From positions 32,001 to 96,000 of the IMG/VR virus record IMGVR_UViG_3300028805_000057: a DNA stretch of 64,000 nucleotides, one strand, 5' to 3'. Below are positions 1 to 9,427 of the stretch, piece by piece; the stretch's first letter is position 1, and every line of letters starts with the position of its first letter. Below the pieces are notes generated by a model. It was not told the origin of the DNA. It was given only the letters and a program-made list of their open reading frames with translations, and did no database searches. This DNA comes from a virus. Lineage: Duplodnaviria; Caudoviricetes. The translations under genes were made by a program, and so were the position numbers.

Positions 1-213
1 TCAGGCGTAAGACATTTTCTCAAATGGATTGACAAATGGGATGATGAACCACATAATAGAGCATTTCTTTGGAATATGTTAGGATTACTTTGGACTGTAA
101 AACATAAACCTGAATGTAATGATCTTCCTTATGTATTATTACAAAAAGAAGCTAGTGAGGCCGAAGACAAAGAATGGGGTACTGTTGAAGAAAGATTAGG
201 CTCATTAAAGTGA
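1..213 (+). CDS. Partial CDS (3' end): dATP/dGTP diphosphohydrolase-like (DUF5664) protein
   Basis: Frame 1 reads SGVRHFLKWIDKWDDEPHNRAFLWNMLGLLWT, matching the RH..KW...DEPH..A.WN pattern of this phage family; stop TGA at 211-213. Confidence 0.6.
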   Translation, partial: SGVRHFLKWIDKWDDEPHNRAFLWNMLGLLWTVKHKPECNDLPYVLLQKEASEAEDKEWGTVEERLGSLK

Positions 214-246
214 AGATTTAAAAAATACTAAAAAGGAGAGCTAAAT

Positions 247-2151
247 ATGTATTTATATTTTGGACTGGGCATTAATGACTTAGAAGATTTTTGCCAATTG
301 ATGGACAAAGAAGAAAATGAAGCATACACTGTTAATGATAGAGTTTTTATAAATAAAAGAGATGGCGTATTTATAAGAACATTTATAGCTAAATTAATTC
401 ATTTGACTGAAGAAAATTTTGTAATAATTGGTTTTGATGATAGATCTCAAGCGCTTAGATCATTAGATTTAATAACTTTAAAATCATTTAAAGATTGTAA
501 TAAAGAGATTAGAGTAAAGTTATTTGATGCTGTATCAAATGTTAATATACGTGATAATTTTAAATACACTGTGCGTAATGGTTCAACAAAGTCAGAGGAT
601 GATACAAAAACTAATAACAAACAAACATATTACTTTACTTTGACTAAAGATGATTATAATCGTTTTGTATACAACAGATATGATGGTACCAAATCAATTA
701 TAACTGCTATTTGGAATGATGATCATACTAATTTTACTTTAGAGAATGTTCTAATTGAACCAGTTATAACTGTTTCAACTTCTTCAGATTTATTAACGTT
801 TCGTATCGTAGATTTTGATAGTAGGAATTTCCATATAAGTAGAAACTCACATAATGCATATGAAAAACAAATATATTTTTATGAGAGACAATATCCTAAA
901 ACTGTAGAATTCTTTACAGATTTAGATGATTGCATTCGCTTTACAAAATCTAAGAAAGAAAATCCTAAAATAACAAATAAACTGGAAGAACAATGTAGTT
1001 GGGATTGTAAACCTTTAAATATGTCAAAAAAGGAGACTAAAATGATTGAAATTAAAGACATTAAGTTAAATGGACCTGCAACTATCTTATTTATAACTGA
1101 TGACAAGAAAGTAGTTGTTAAGTGTAGACCTGGGGATAATTATGATCCTGAAAAAGGTATTTTAATGGTTTTATGTAAGTATATTATTAAAGGAGCTCTT
1201 CATTGTCAGAATTGGACTGAAATATTTGATATTCCTTATTCCGATGAAATAGATGTTGAAAAAGTTATAGCAATGTCTATTGTTAAAGGATATTTTTATA
1301 AAAAGGATAAAGACTGGCATTATAACTATGTATTAAAATATATGTATAATGCTGTAAATCTTCAAACTGAAGATAGAGTAAAAGCATTAAAAGCTCTTAA
1401 TTATTCAGTTGAGAGAATTTCAAGATGTCTTGGCATCACCAAAGGTGAAGTTAAAGATATTCTTGAGTCCAAAACTATTTTAGAAAAGGCAAAAGAAAGT
1501 TTATTATCCTATTTAGATGATTTAAAGAAATCCACTAATAATAAATCAAAGATTACTATTACTGGAACTAAGGATCCATATATTGAGAGTTTGTTAAAAG
1601 AGAAACCTGAACTTAAAAATAATACTAATCCTTATGAAGTTCCTGATCGTAATCCTGATAATAAACCTAAGAAACAGAAAGATGTTGTATCTGATCAGGA
1701 TATTATTGAGTTATTTAATAAAGGTTATTCCATTAGCAAGATTTCAAAAGAATTAGGATTGACTGAGTATTTTGTAAAGAAGTATCTTGATGCATATACT
1801 AATCCTAAGACTGAAAAGAAAGCCGCAAGAATTCTTAAGAAAGCTACAAAAGAGAAGATAGTTCATAAAAAGCATGTATTACGTACTGAGATAGATTTTC
1901 CCGATTACTTGGAAAAGGAAGAATGCGAAAAGATATTAGCTGCAACAAAGTTAAAGTATGCAGATAATCCTAGAATTAATTGTATGTCAGAACTTCAGAA
2001 ATTCTTTATTAGAGAATGTAAGATCTACAAGATTAAGCAGTTATATGGTAAGAATGGTTATTCAATGTATGAAATTGCACAGATAATTGGAACTACTGCA
2101 GCTGGTGTTCAAAAGATGTACAATGCTCATAAAGAGGAAATAGAGTCATAA
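247..2151 (+). CDS. Multi-HTH DNA-binding protein with conserved phage domain (NGPATILF..DDKKVVVKC...DPEKG)
   Basis: SD AAGGAG; three HTH-like segments (YSVERISRCLGIT, GYSISKISKELGLT, GYSMYEIAQIIGTT); internal SD+ATG at 1042. Confidence 0.65.
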   Translation: MYLYFGLGINDLEDFCQLMDKEENEAYTVNDRVFINKRDGVFIRTFIAKLIHLTEENFVIIGFDDRSQALRSLDLITLKSFKDCNKEIRVKLFDAVSNVNIRDNFKYTVRNGSTKSEDDTKTNNKQTYYFTLTKDDYNRFVYNRYDGTKSIITAIWNDDHTNFTLENVLIEPVITVSTSSDLLTFRIVDFDSRNFHISRNSHNAYEKQIYFYERQYPKTVEFFTDLDDCIRFTKSKKENPKITNKLEEQCSWDCKPLNMSKKETKMIEIKDIKLNGPATILFITDDKKVVVKCRPGDNYDPEKGILMVLCKYIIKGALHCQNWTEIFDIPYSDEIDVEKVIAMSIVKGYFYKKDKDWHYNYVLKYMYNAVNLQTEDRVKALKALNYSVERISRCLGITKGEVKDILESKTILEKAKESLLSYLDDLKKSTNNKSKITITGTKDPYIESLLKEKPELKNNTNPYEVPDRNPDNKPKKQKDVVSDQDIIELFNKGYSISKISKELGLTEYFVKKYLDAYTNPKTEKKAARILKKATKEKIVHKKHVLRTEIDFPDYLEKEECEKILAATKLKYADNPRINCMSELQKFFIRECKIYKIKQLYGKNGYSMYEIAQIIGTTAAGVQKMYNAHKEEIES

Positions 2152-2213
2152 AAAGCGAGGGAGACCGAACTATGTGAGGACTCAAGTCTGAATGAAATGA
2201 GGAGTGTTTTTTT

Positions 2214-2432
2214 ATGCCTAGTATAGTAATGATAGTTATAATAATTGTATTATTCGTTGTCTTAGCTTCTCTAATGGAATGGAAAGCTGACAAGGATAAA
2301 CGATTATATGAATGTTACACAAAAATGATATTTGAAAGTCGTGCAAGTGGCTCGGGGTGTACTGGAAAAGGTATGCCCCAATGCCAACACTGTTACTACC
2401 ATAAAGTTTATTTAAAGAAAGGTGGTTTATAA
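2214..2432 (+). CDS. Small membrane-anchored protein with Cys cluster
   Basis: SD GAGGAG; N-terminal hydrophobic helix; CxxC near C-terminus. Confidence 0.6.
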   Translation: MPSIVMIVIIIVLFVVLASLMEWKADKDKRLYECYTKMIFESRASGSGCTGKGMPQCQHCYYHKVYLKKGGL

Positions 2433-2626
2433 TGCTAATACATCAAGAAGCAGATGATAATGTATGTGAAGGTTTTATTAATTTGGATAACATTACTTAT
2501 ATAAGTAAACATGAGTATAGTGACGGTACTGTTATTTACAAATGTTATTTAGTTGGTGATGATGATCCATTAACTATAAACCAAAAAACATTTGATAAAA
2601 TTACAGCAGAGAAAGGTGTTATATAA
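2432..2626 (+). CDS. Hypothetical protein
   Basis: TAATG stop/start overlap; SD AAAGGTGG. Confidence 0.6.
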   Translation: MLIHQEADDNVCEGFINLDNITYISKHEYSDGTVIYKCYLVGDDDPLTINQKTFDKITAEKGVI

Positions 2627-2627
2627 T

Positions 2628-2858
2628 ATGGTAGCATTAAATGAACATCAGGTAAGAAAACTTCGACCTGGAGATTTTGTTTATTACAAGGAAAGAGATG
2701 GACAATTAAGTACACATTTCTATGAAGCAACAGTTTTAGAAAAATATCCTAGATTTATTTTGCTTGAATGTTTAGCAAATATTGATGGAACAACTTTTAA
2801 AACTTGTTATAATTATAATGATACTGTAGAATATAGTGGCTATAGATTGTATCAATAA
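2628..2858 (+). CDS. Hypothetical protein
   Basis: ATG 2628 after GAAAGGTG; tightly packed in operon. Confidence 0.55.
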   Translation: MVALNEHQVRKLRPGDFVYYKERDGQLSTHFYEATVLEKYPRFILLECLANIDGTTFKTCYNYNDTVEYSGYRLYQ

Positions 2859-2869
2859 GGAGAAACTCT

Positions 2870-3244
2870 ATGAATATTAATGTCTTCTTATCTACCAAGA
2901 TTAATGGTATTACTGAAGAAGAAAAGAAAGATATTTATGAATTTGTTAAGATTACTATATTGAATGAATTTGAAGATGTGTATGAAAAAGATAATATTAT
3001 AATTTATAGTAATCTCGATGAAGGACCTGCACCGGTTGAAGTAAAACATAAGAAATTATATCATTTAGAAAGGGCATTATCTAAGATGTCTAATTGTGAT
3101 GTATTTTTCTTACTCAAAGAATTAGATAATAGTATTAAACCTGGATGTATGGTAGAAATGAATGCTTGGTTGACTAGTTGTAATAATGCAATAATTGTAA
3201 GAAATAAAATTGAAATGAAAGCATGTCTTGGTTTAAAGAAATGA
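2870..3244 (+). CDS. Nucleoside 2-deoxyribosyltransferase-like / DUF4406-like protein
   Basis: N-terminal VFLS strand and MSNCDVFFLL...PGCMVE pattern. Confidence 0.5.
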   Translation: MNINVFLSTKINGITEEEKKDIYEFVKITILNEFEDVYEKDNIIIYSNLDEGPAPVEVKHKKLYHLERALSKMSNCDVFFLLKELDNSIKPGCMVEMNAWLTSCNNAIIVRNKIEMKACLGLKK

Positions 3245-3289
3245 TATTTGCAGAATGCCTCTCAAACGCTCTATTTTGTTCCACTACTC

Positions 3290-3413
3290 AGTACCTTCGT
3301 AGACGCTCAGATTTGCCCGTAAAGGCCTGTTTGGTATTTCTAGGTAGATTTATACTACTTTATACCCAAAAAGCCGAATATGGGCATTTTGGTGCGTTAC
3401 AGAGGTATTCTAG
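3290..3413. repeat. Dispersed ~125-bp imperfect palindrome, copy 1 (extra partial arm at 3252-3278)
   Basis: Core TGCCCGTAAAGGCCTGTTTGG; right arm GGGCATTTTGGTGCGTTACAGAGGTATT. Confidence 0.9.
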
Positions 3414-3424
3414 AGTTTGAAATT

Positions 3425-3449
3425 CGCGAAAATATTTAATTGTATATTG
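3425..3449 (+). promoter_or_regulatory. Phage promoter motif CGCGAAAA-N10-TATATT
   Basis: Member of ~10-copy intergenic motif family with fixed spacing. Confidence 0.7.
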
Positions 3450-3476
3450 GGACGGTATAGTCCTGTATATTTTTTA

Positions 3477-3560
3477 GTTTGAACGAAGTAAGAACTACAG
3501 TCTGTGATTGGGTTTGAACAAAGTGAGAACTACAGTCTGTGATTGGGTTTGAACAGAGTG
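3477..3560 (+). repeat. Tandem 35-bp direct repeat (2 copies plus a partial)
   Basis: AGAACTACAGTCTGTGATTGGGTTTGAACA(A/G)AGTG at 3491 and 3526; partial GTTTGAACGAAGTA at 3477. Confidence 0.9.
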
Positions 3561-3585
3561 ATAAATGCGAAAGGAGTTAAATAAA

Positions 3586-4431
3586 ATGAATTTACAAAAG
3601 ATATTTGAGGACGGTTTTAAAGATATGAAAAAGAACAGTCCTCTAATTCTTACGGGTCTGGCATGCTTTGGTGTTGCAGCAACTTCCGTAGTATCAATCT
3701 TTGCAGGAAAGAAGTTAGCTAAGAAAGAAGAAGTAGTAAAGCAAAAGATTGAAGAAAAGAAAGCAAAAGGAGAAGTAGTAACAAAGAAAGATAGTATAGT
3801 ATTATATGTAAGAGAGTACTTCCCTCCGATTGCTCCAGTTATTCTTAGTGTGGGTTTAACAAGTGCATGTGCAATATTCTCATATAAAGAAAGTGCAAAG
3901 AGATTATTGGCAGCAACAACTATAGCAACATTAGCTTCTTCAGAAAGAGATATGTATAAGAAACTTGCTGAGAAATTAATGGGCGAAAAAGAATTAGAAA
4001 GAGAAAAGTTAAAGAAACAAATCGAAGAAAATCCTATGCCCAAACAGATCGAAGACAAGGTTAAGAAAGAAGGAGCTAATAATGTAGACCAAGTTTATAA
4101 TACAACACAATCTTGGTATGAACCTACAACGAATCAGTATATTGCATGTACAGAAAGTGAAATAGTTAAAGCATTTGAAGAGATTTCTTCAAGAGTTAAA
4201 TTTGGTGAATCATTTGTATCATTTGATGAATTCTTATGGGCATTGCCGGTACAGGTAAAGCATCCAAAGATTGCAGAAACATTTGGTTGGCCTTATGAAA
4301 GATGTAAACGTGGTATTGTATATGATTTAAGTGATGGAGTAAAAGCAGAAAATGGATTATTTGTTGGTAAGATAGGTTATCAAGCATATGTAGAAACAAC
4401 AGAATATCCTATTGACACAATACATAGTTAA
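3586..4431 (+). CDS. DUF6353-like phage membrane-associated protein
   Basis: KKNSPLILTGLACFGVAATSV N-terminal helix; YFPPIAP..VGLTSACAIFS; C-terminal FGW; SD AAGGAG. Confidence 0.7.
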   Translation: MNLQKIFEDGFKDMKKNSPLILTGLACFGVAATSVVSIFAGKKLAKKEEVVKQKIEEKKAKGEVVTKKDSIVLYVREYFPPIAPVILSVGLTSACAIFSYKESAKRLLAATTIATLASSERDMYKKLAEKLMGEKELEREKLKKQIEENPMPKQIEDKVKKEGANNVDQVYNTTQSWYEPTTNQYIACTESEIVKAFEEISSRVKFGESFVSFDEFLWALPVQVKHPKIAETFGWPYERCKRGIVYDLSDGVKAENGLFVGKIGYQAYVETTEYPIDTIHS

Positions 4432-4503
4432 GCTGTCTCAAGGAACTTGTCTGGTCAGTAAAATGGCTGGATGAGTTCCTTTACATTTTATGAAAGGAAA
4501 CAT

Positions 4504-4680
4504 ATGTATATAGCTTTAATTATATTAATGATATTAACTGGATTTATATGGTTTACAGAACATTGTGTAGAACAGCAAAGAATGTATGAATTTTGTAGAG
4601 AACATCGTAAAGGTGTATGTAAAGATATTTTAATTGATAAGAAATGTAATAGGTGTCCATATTTAAATAAAGGAGAATGA
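4504..4680 (+). CDS. Small membrane protein with Cys cluster
   Basis: SD GAAAGGA; TM helix then C..C..CxxC; similar layout to 2214-2432. Confidence 0.55.
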   Translation: MYIALIILMILTGFIWFTEHCVEQQRMYEFCREHRKGVCKDILIDKKCNRCPYLNKGE

Positions 4681-4862
4681 TTATGAGTTCACCTGATGAA
4701 TTAATGACAAAAGAATGGAAATATGATTTTAGAAATAGTTGGGAACAAGCTACAGCTGATTTAAGATATATATCTTATATGAAAAAGATTGATTTAAAGA
4801 AAATTGGATTTACTAATGAATTATTAAATAATACATATATTAAAGTGAAAAGGAGAAAATAA
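4677..4862 (+). CDS. Hypothetical protein
   Basis: SD AAGGAG; ATGA overlap. Confidence 0.55.
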   Translation: MIMSSPDELMTKEWKYDFRNSWEQATADLRYISYMKKIDLKKIGFTNELLNNTYIKVKRRK

Positions 4863-4866
4863 TAAG

Positions 4867-5232
4867 ATGAGAAGTTGGAGTTTTACATTTGAGAATGAGG
4901 AAGATGCAAAGAAGGCTTTTGTTGGATTTCAGAAGATGTTTAAGGATTGTGAAGATTTTGAAAAGAGAAAAATATTCTACTGTTCAATGAAAGATAAAGA
5001 TAAAACATATAAAATATTTTTAGGAATTGAGGATACTGTTGCAGGTGCATTTACAATCACAACAATGAATGCATTTGATAAGTGTCTTAAGAATGTATTT
5101 ACAGTAACTAAAGCAGATTGTAAAGATATTAAGGTTGAGTTCCCGGAAAATTGCAAGATATCAAGTTGGTGGGAAGCAGATAAAGTTCCTAATAAATCAA
5201 AAGAGGAAACAAAAGATGGCAAAACAAATTGA
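4867..5232 (+). CDS. Hypothetical protein
   Basis: SD AAGGAG; 121-aa ORF. Confidence 0.65.
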   Translation: MRSWSFTFENEEDAKKAFVGFQKMFKDCEDFEKRKIFYCSMKDKDKTYKIFLGIEDTVAGAFTITTMNAFDKCLKNVFTVTKADCKDIKVEFPENCKISSWWEADKVPNKSKEETKDGKTN

Positions 5233-5434
5233 TTTTATATTTTTAGAAGAAAACGATCCTGCATATCCATACAGTATGGAAGCTTATGAATATGAGAAAC
5301 CATCTGGCGGATGCAGGACAAGAAATAAAGAAGACTTAAAAGCAATGTACCAGCTTTGGAAAGAAACATATGGTACAATTAATTTAAAGTATATTTTTAA
5401 AAAGAATGAAGAGGTATTGAAAGGAGTAGATTAA
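5216..5434 (+). CDS. Hypothetical protein
   Basis: SD GAGG, ATG 5216. Confidence 0.55.
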   Translation: MAKQIDFIFLEENDPAYPYSMEAYEYEKPSGGCRTRNKEDLKAMYQLWKETYGTINLKYIFKKNEEVLKGVD

Positions 5435-5436
5435 TT

Positions 5437-5742
5437 ATGGTACAGCGTGATACAGAGTATTTAACAAGAGAAGATGACAGGGAATTAAATGAATTCCTTG
5501 AAATTATGCACAATAGTCAAATGATATTTGAAAATTGTGTATTTAGTCTTTGCACAAATAAGCAGTTTAGAAATTGTACATTTACAAATTGTATCTTTGA
5601 TCATGTAACAAAGGAAACATATTTTACAAATTGCACATTTGATGCTCCTACATTTTATGCAGGATTCCATGGCAAACTTGATAACTGTAATATTACAAAA
5701 TATTCAGGAGTAATTGGAGAGTTAAAGGAGAGAATGCCATGA
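5437..5742 (+). CDS. Pentapeptide-repeat-like protein
   Basis: FENCVF, FRNCTFTNCIF, FTNCTF repeats; SD AAGGAG. Confidence 0.6.
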   Translation: MVQRDTEYLTREDDRELNEFLEIMHNSQMIFENCVFSLCTNKQFRNCTFTNCIFDHVTKETYFTNCTFDAPTFYAGFHGKLDNCNITKYSGVIGELKERMP

Positions 5743-5942
5743 GTCAACACTTAGTGGAATTTGAAAATTGGTGCAAAACCTGTAAATTTGGTAAGCAGGA
5801 AGAAGAAGATCATCCTTGTTATTTATGTCTTGATGAACCGGTAAATATTGATAGTAAGAAACCGGTTTATTATGTGGAAGGTGAAACTAAGAAGAAAGAG
5901 CGTTATGGCAGAAAGGAGAAAACTGATGCAAGGCGCCGTTGA
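5739..5942 (+). CDS. Small Cys-rich protein
   Basis: WCKTCK...PCYLCLDEPVN; SD AAGGAG. Confidence 0.65.
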   Translation: MSQHLVEFENWCKTCKFGKQEEEDHPCYLCLDEPVNIDSKKPVYYVEGETKKKERYGRKEKTDARRR

Positions 5943-6132
5943 AAATTTTTATAAAGCATTCGATGAACTTAGAAGAAGGCATGTAAATGTTGAATTTAAG
6001 TTAAATTACAAGACATATTGGATTATGGAATTACTTGTAGATAATAATGTAATCTTTAATCTCAAAGGAAATGATACAAGTATATTATTTGATAATGCAG
6101 CAAGTAAATTATTAAACTTCCTGAGAAAGTAA
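5926..6132 (+). CDS. Hypothetical protein
   Basis: SD AAAGGAG before ATG 5926. Confidence 0.55.
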   Translation: MQGAVENFYKAFDELRRRHVNVEFKLNYKTYWIMELLVDNNVIFNLKGNDTSILFDNAASKLLNFLRK

Positions 6133-6153
6133 AGATATTTAGGAGGTAAAATA

Positions 6154-6405
6154 ATGAGTTTAAGTCAAGCATTAGTATGTGCAAGTGTATTTATTGCAGG
6201 TATCATTATTGGTATTGTAATACATTCAATTCATGTAAATAAAAGAGTGCCTTGGGCAGGTAATGTAGTAATTGATACAAGAAATCCTAATGGTGATACA
6301 ATTAGTATCGAATCTCCAAAGAATATTACAAAATGGGATAAGTACAAAGAAATAAAATTCACTGTAATAGCTTTGTGGGGAGATAAGAAAAGAAAGGATA
6401 AGTAA
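6154..6405 (+). CDS. Small membrane protein
   Basis: SD AGGAGG; N-terminal TM helix. Confidence 0.65.
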   Translation: MSLSQALVCASVFIAGIIIGIVIHSIHVNKRVPWAGNVVIDTRNPNGDTISIESPKNITKWDKYKEIKFTVIALWGDKKRKDK

Positions 6406-6406
6406 T

Positions 6407-6799
6407 ATGCCAAGGAAGCATTATAGTCCTATTAATGTTCCAATGAATAAAACAACAGATCCTGAAGGAAGATTAGTAATCGATTCAAGAGGTGTACAAA
6501 CAACATTTGATCCAGATGGAACATTATCATTCAATGTAAATAATGGAATATTAACTTGGAATTCAGGAGATATAATACATCTGAATTTTACAAGTGATGA
6601 TTTTTCAATAATGTATGATGCTGAGAGTAATTTATTAACTTTAACAGCAGGTGATAAGAATATTTATTATCAGCTAGATACATTAAAAGAATTAATACAA
6701 GAAAAAGGTTATACCATTGAAGAAATGGAAAAAATATTGGAGGAAAAGAATGAAGCAGAACATGACGAAACTCTTAGTGATAGTGGACATGCAGAATGA
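6407..6799 (+). CDS. Hypothetical protein
   Basis: SD AAAGGA; 130 aa. Confidence 0.6.
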   Translation: MPRKHYSPINVPMNKTTDPEGRLVIDSRGVQTTFDPDGTLSFNVNNGILTWNSGDIIHLNFTSDDFSIMYDAESNLLTLTAGDKNIYYQLDTLKELIQEKGYTIEEMEKILEEKNEAEHDETLSDSGHAE

Positions 6800-7298
6800 T
6801 TTTGTAACTGGTTCGCTTGCAAATCCCGATGCTGAAAAAATAGTTCCTGGTATTGTAGAACTGATTAAGAATTGGGATGGAAATATTGCAATTACAATGG
6901 ATGTACATGCTTCTGATTATCTAAATACACAAGAAGGAAAAAGATTACCGATAGAGCATTGCATTTGTGGTACTAAAGGATATAAACTTGTAAAAGATAT
7001 TCAAGATGCTTTAGAAGCTTTTGATGAATTACCAGAAACAAATCTCGATTCATTTTACAAAGAAGATACTTTTGGTAGTGATCGTTTAGGTTGGCACGTT
7101 GAAGATTTTAAATATGATGAAATCTACTTCTGTGGAACTTGTACAGATATTTGTGTAATAAGTAATGCAATAATCTGTAAATCATTTGCTCCAGAAACAA
7201 GAATTATCGTATTAAAAGACTTATGTGCTGGAACTACACCAGAGAATCATGAGAATGCACTTAAAGCTATGAAACAATGTCAGATTGATATTGAATGA
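6750..7298 (+). CDS. pncA: Nicotinamidase / isochorismatase-family cysteine hydrolase
   Basis: VIVDMQNDF (catalytic Asp), D.H and HC metal ligands, FYK, GTCTDICV (catalytic Cys). Confidence 0.85.
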   Translation: MKQNMTKLLVIVDMQNDFVTGSLANPDAEKIVPGIVELIKNWDGNIAITMDVHASDYLNTQEGKRLPIEHCICGTKGYKLVKDIQDALEAFDELPETNLDSFYKEDTFGSDRLGWHVEDFKYDEIYFCGTCTDICVISNAIICKSFAPETRIIVLKDLCAGTTPENHENALKAMKQCQIDIE

Positions 7299-7377
7299 CA
7301 TCGAATGAAAAACCATTCACAAATCCGAATGGAAATTCATTTTGTAAACAAAATAAAATTAAAAAGGAGACGAAAAA

Positions 7378-7725
7378 ATGGCAGCAAAGAAGAAAGTAAC
7401 TGAAGTAGTTGAAGAAGTAAAGAATAATGTTGAGGAATTTGATGAGAAGGGCATTGTTGAAGAAGTAAAAGATGATATTGCTCTTGTTGACGAGAATGAT
7501 GAAACAAAAGAGGAGACACCTGGCGAGACATTAAGTAATTCAATTGATAAGCTTGTAAATGCTGTAGCTGATAAGATTAATAAAGATGTAAATACACCTA
7601 AGCCTACACCTGAGAAGAAACCTTGGAAGTTAGGTTTCTGGGGTTATCTTGGTTTAGCAGTAGTTGTAAAGGGTGCTGTTGAGATTGCAAGAGCTATAGC
7701 AGATTCAAAGAAACCTAGACGCTAA
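7378..7725 (+). CDS. Acidic protein with C-terminal TM helix
   Basis: SD AAGGAG; LGFWGYLGLAVVVKGAV. Confidence 0.7.
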   Translation: MAAKKKVTEVVEEVKNNVEEFDEKGIVEEVKDDIALVDENDETKEETPGETLSNSIDKLVNAVADKINKDVNTPKPTPEKKPWKLGFWGYLGLAVVVKGAVEIARAIADSKKPRR

Positions 7726-7744
7726 AAAATTTAATCGCTTTATG
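7720..7744 (+). promoter_or_regulatory. Phage promoter motif CGCTAAAA-N10-CTTTAT
   Basis: Motif family member. Confidence 0.6.
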
Positions 7745-7782
7745 AGCGGAATAGGGCTCGTACATTTTCGAAAGGAGAAAAA

Positions 7783-8331
7783 ATGGGCAAAAAGAAGGAA
7801 TATGTCGAGACCCCTGAAAATGGGGATGAGTTTGAGTACTATGAGGAAAATGAAGAGACCGAAGAGACAGCAGTAGAAGAACCTAAGAAGGTTGAGAAGA
7901 ATGATAAGAAACTTGAAGTCGAGTTGTTAAAGGCTCAGAATGAAGCAAAGAAGCTGGAACTTGAAACTAAGAAATTAGAATTTGAAACTAAGAAGCTTGA
8001 GAATGATCAGAAGAATGCTGAGGCTAATAGAGATCTTGAACTGAAGAGAATCAATAATGAGAAAGAGATTGAGGATAAGAAAGTTAAGATTGAAGAAGGC
8101 AAAGCAGAAGCTGAAAAGAAAGCATCTAAGAGAGATCTAATAGCAAAGTGGGGAACAGCAGGCATCGGTCTGATTGGAACTGGCTTGGGTATCTATTTCT
8201 CAAGAAAGGCATTCTTAGAGTCAATGTTGTTTGAAGAAAGCGGTTCATTCAGGACTTCAGTAAGTAAGAAGTCTCAGGCAATGACAGACAATGTTGCCAA
8301 GAAATTGGAGAATGTAAGAAAAGATATTTGA
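7783..8331 (+). CDS. Coiled-coil protein with C-terminal TM helix
   Basis: KKLELET heptad repeats; WGTAGIGLIGTGLGIYF; own promoter and terminator. Confidence 0.75.
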   Translation: MGKKKEYVETPENGDEFEYYEENEETEETAVEEPKKVEKNDKKLEVELLKAQNEAKKLELETKKLEFETKKLENDQKNAEANRDLELKRINNEKEIEDKKVKIEEGKAEAEKKASKRDLIAKWGTAGIGLIGTGLGIYFSRKAFLESMLFEESGSFRTSVSKKSQAMTDNVAKKLENVRKDI

Positions 8332-8354
8332 AATTCATAATTTGAATTGAGAAT

Positions 8355-8388
8355 GGGGATCAGAGAAATCTGGTCCTCTAATCTTTTT
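8355..8388 (+). terminator. Intrinsic terminator (identical to copy at 14804)
   Basis: GGGGATCAGA-GAAA-TCTGGTCCTC then T-run; second hairpin at 8391-8430. Confidence 0.8.
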
Positions 8389-8540
8389 GTAGGGACTGAC
8401 ATTGAATAATGGTGGTTCCTCTAATCTTTTTATAGTAAAAACTATAAACTTAAAATTATAAAAAATACTAAAAAGGTTACTACTTTGCAAAATGCAAACT
8501 AGGTACCATTTTTAAAAATACTAAAAAGGAGACCACAATT

Positions 8541-8825
8541 ATGACAAAGCAGGAAGCATCAAAGAAGGCACTTAATGTTATGGAAAACCACATTATCAAT
8601 GTTCACAAGAAAGACAGAAATGTTACAGACTTTGTTACAACTGTTACTACAATGGTAAGTATGGTTGGTGTTGGTATGATTATTGAAATGTTCCTTCATG
8701 GCAGACATTGGAATAAGGAAATGGATAAGGCTAAGGGTGAACTTGAGGGCATATTAAAGGAAATGGAGCCTGAAGAATCTGAAGCTGAAGTTAAAGAGGA
8801 GGCCGTAAATGAGCAGGCAGAGTAA
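8541..8825 (+). CDS. Small membrane protein
   Basis: SD AAGGAG; central hydrophobic helix. Confidence 0.65.
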   Translation: MTKQEASKKALNVMENHIINVHKKDRNVTDFVTTVTTMVSMVGVGMIIEMFLHGRHWNKEMDKAKGELEGILKEMEPEESEAEVKEEAVNEQAE

Positions 8826-9000
8826 TTATGCAAAAAAGAATTTCTTTAATGCTTCTATGCAAAGAGCACAGTTACTTGCAAAGAAGAAAAAAGATATTCA
8901 ATCTATAAAGAATGGCAATTTTGTAGAACCAGATCCTAAGAATGTTGTACTTGAAACTGAAGATTCCGTTGAGCAGGATTTGGAGGTTGTTGATGAGTGA
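8809..9000 (+). CDS. Hypothetical protein
   Basis: SD GAGGAGG. Confidence 0.6.
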   Translation: MSRQSNYAKKNFFNASMQRAQLLAKKKKDIQSIKNGNFVEPDPKNVVLETEDSVEQDLEVVDE

Positions 9001-9418
9001 TATTGCTTTAATGTTGGAAGAAATCAGAAATAAACTTGATGAACTTGATCATAAGGTTGATATAATACATCAGAAAGTCGATCGATTAAAGATATTTCCT
9101 CAAATGTCTGTTTGGAAAGATTATGATATTGTCGATAAACCAACAGAAAATTTTCCACGTCAAATCTCAGAAGATGAATATGAAGAAGATGGTAGATATG
9201 CTAAAATAGAAATAATATATTATGAAGTAGATGGTGTATTTGCTACTTTTGATGGCAAGTTAGTTGAATATTTGAATGAAGAATATTTTGGTATTGACAA
9301 TTTAAATTTATTCAATGAATATTGTAATATTTGTTTAAGAGATGAAACAATACATGTGGACTATCATATGGTTTATGAGGGATGTGCTAGTTATTTTGTA
9401 GAACATAAAGGAGAATAA
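8993..9418 (+). CDS. Hypothetical protein, paralog of the C-terminal domain of 22505-23281
   Basis: Shared FP..I..D.YE..G.Y.K.E.IYYE..G.FAT.D...EEY.G.DNLNLF...LRDE..H.DYH. Confidence 0.75.
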   Translation: MSDIALMLEEIRNKLDELDHKVDIIHQKVDRLKIFPQMSVWKDYDIVDKPTENFPRQISEDEYEEDGRYAKIEIIYYEVDGVFATFDGKLVEYLNEEYFGIDNLNLFNEYCNICLRDETIHVDYHMVYEGCASYFVEHKGE

Positions 9419-9427
9419 AACACACAC

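Noticed and set aside
2199-2220. RBS of ORF 2214 as the target of the hairpin A loop
   Set aside because: Only AGGAGT...TTTTTTATG is shared and the downstream codons differ; explainable by chance in T-rich sequence
3223-3420. 65-aa ORF in the track
   Set aside because: Overlies palindrome copy 1 and lacks a good SD; likely spurious
3477-3560. Possible mini-CRISPR array (35-bp repeat with GTTTGAAC)
   Set aside because: Units are directly adjacent with no unique spacers; no cas operon, and the Cas4-like gene belongs to the replication module
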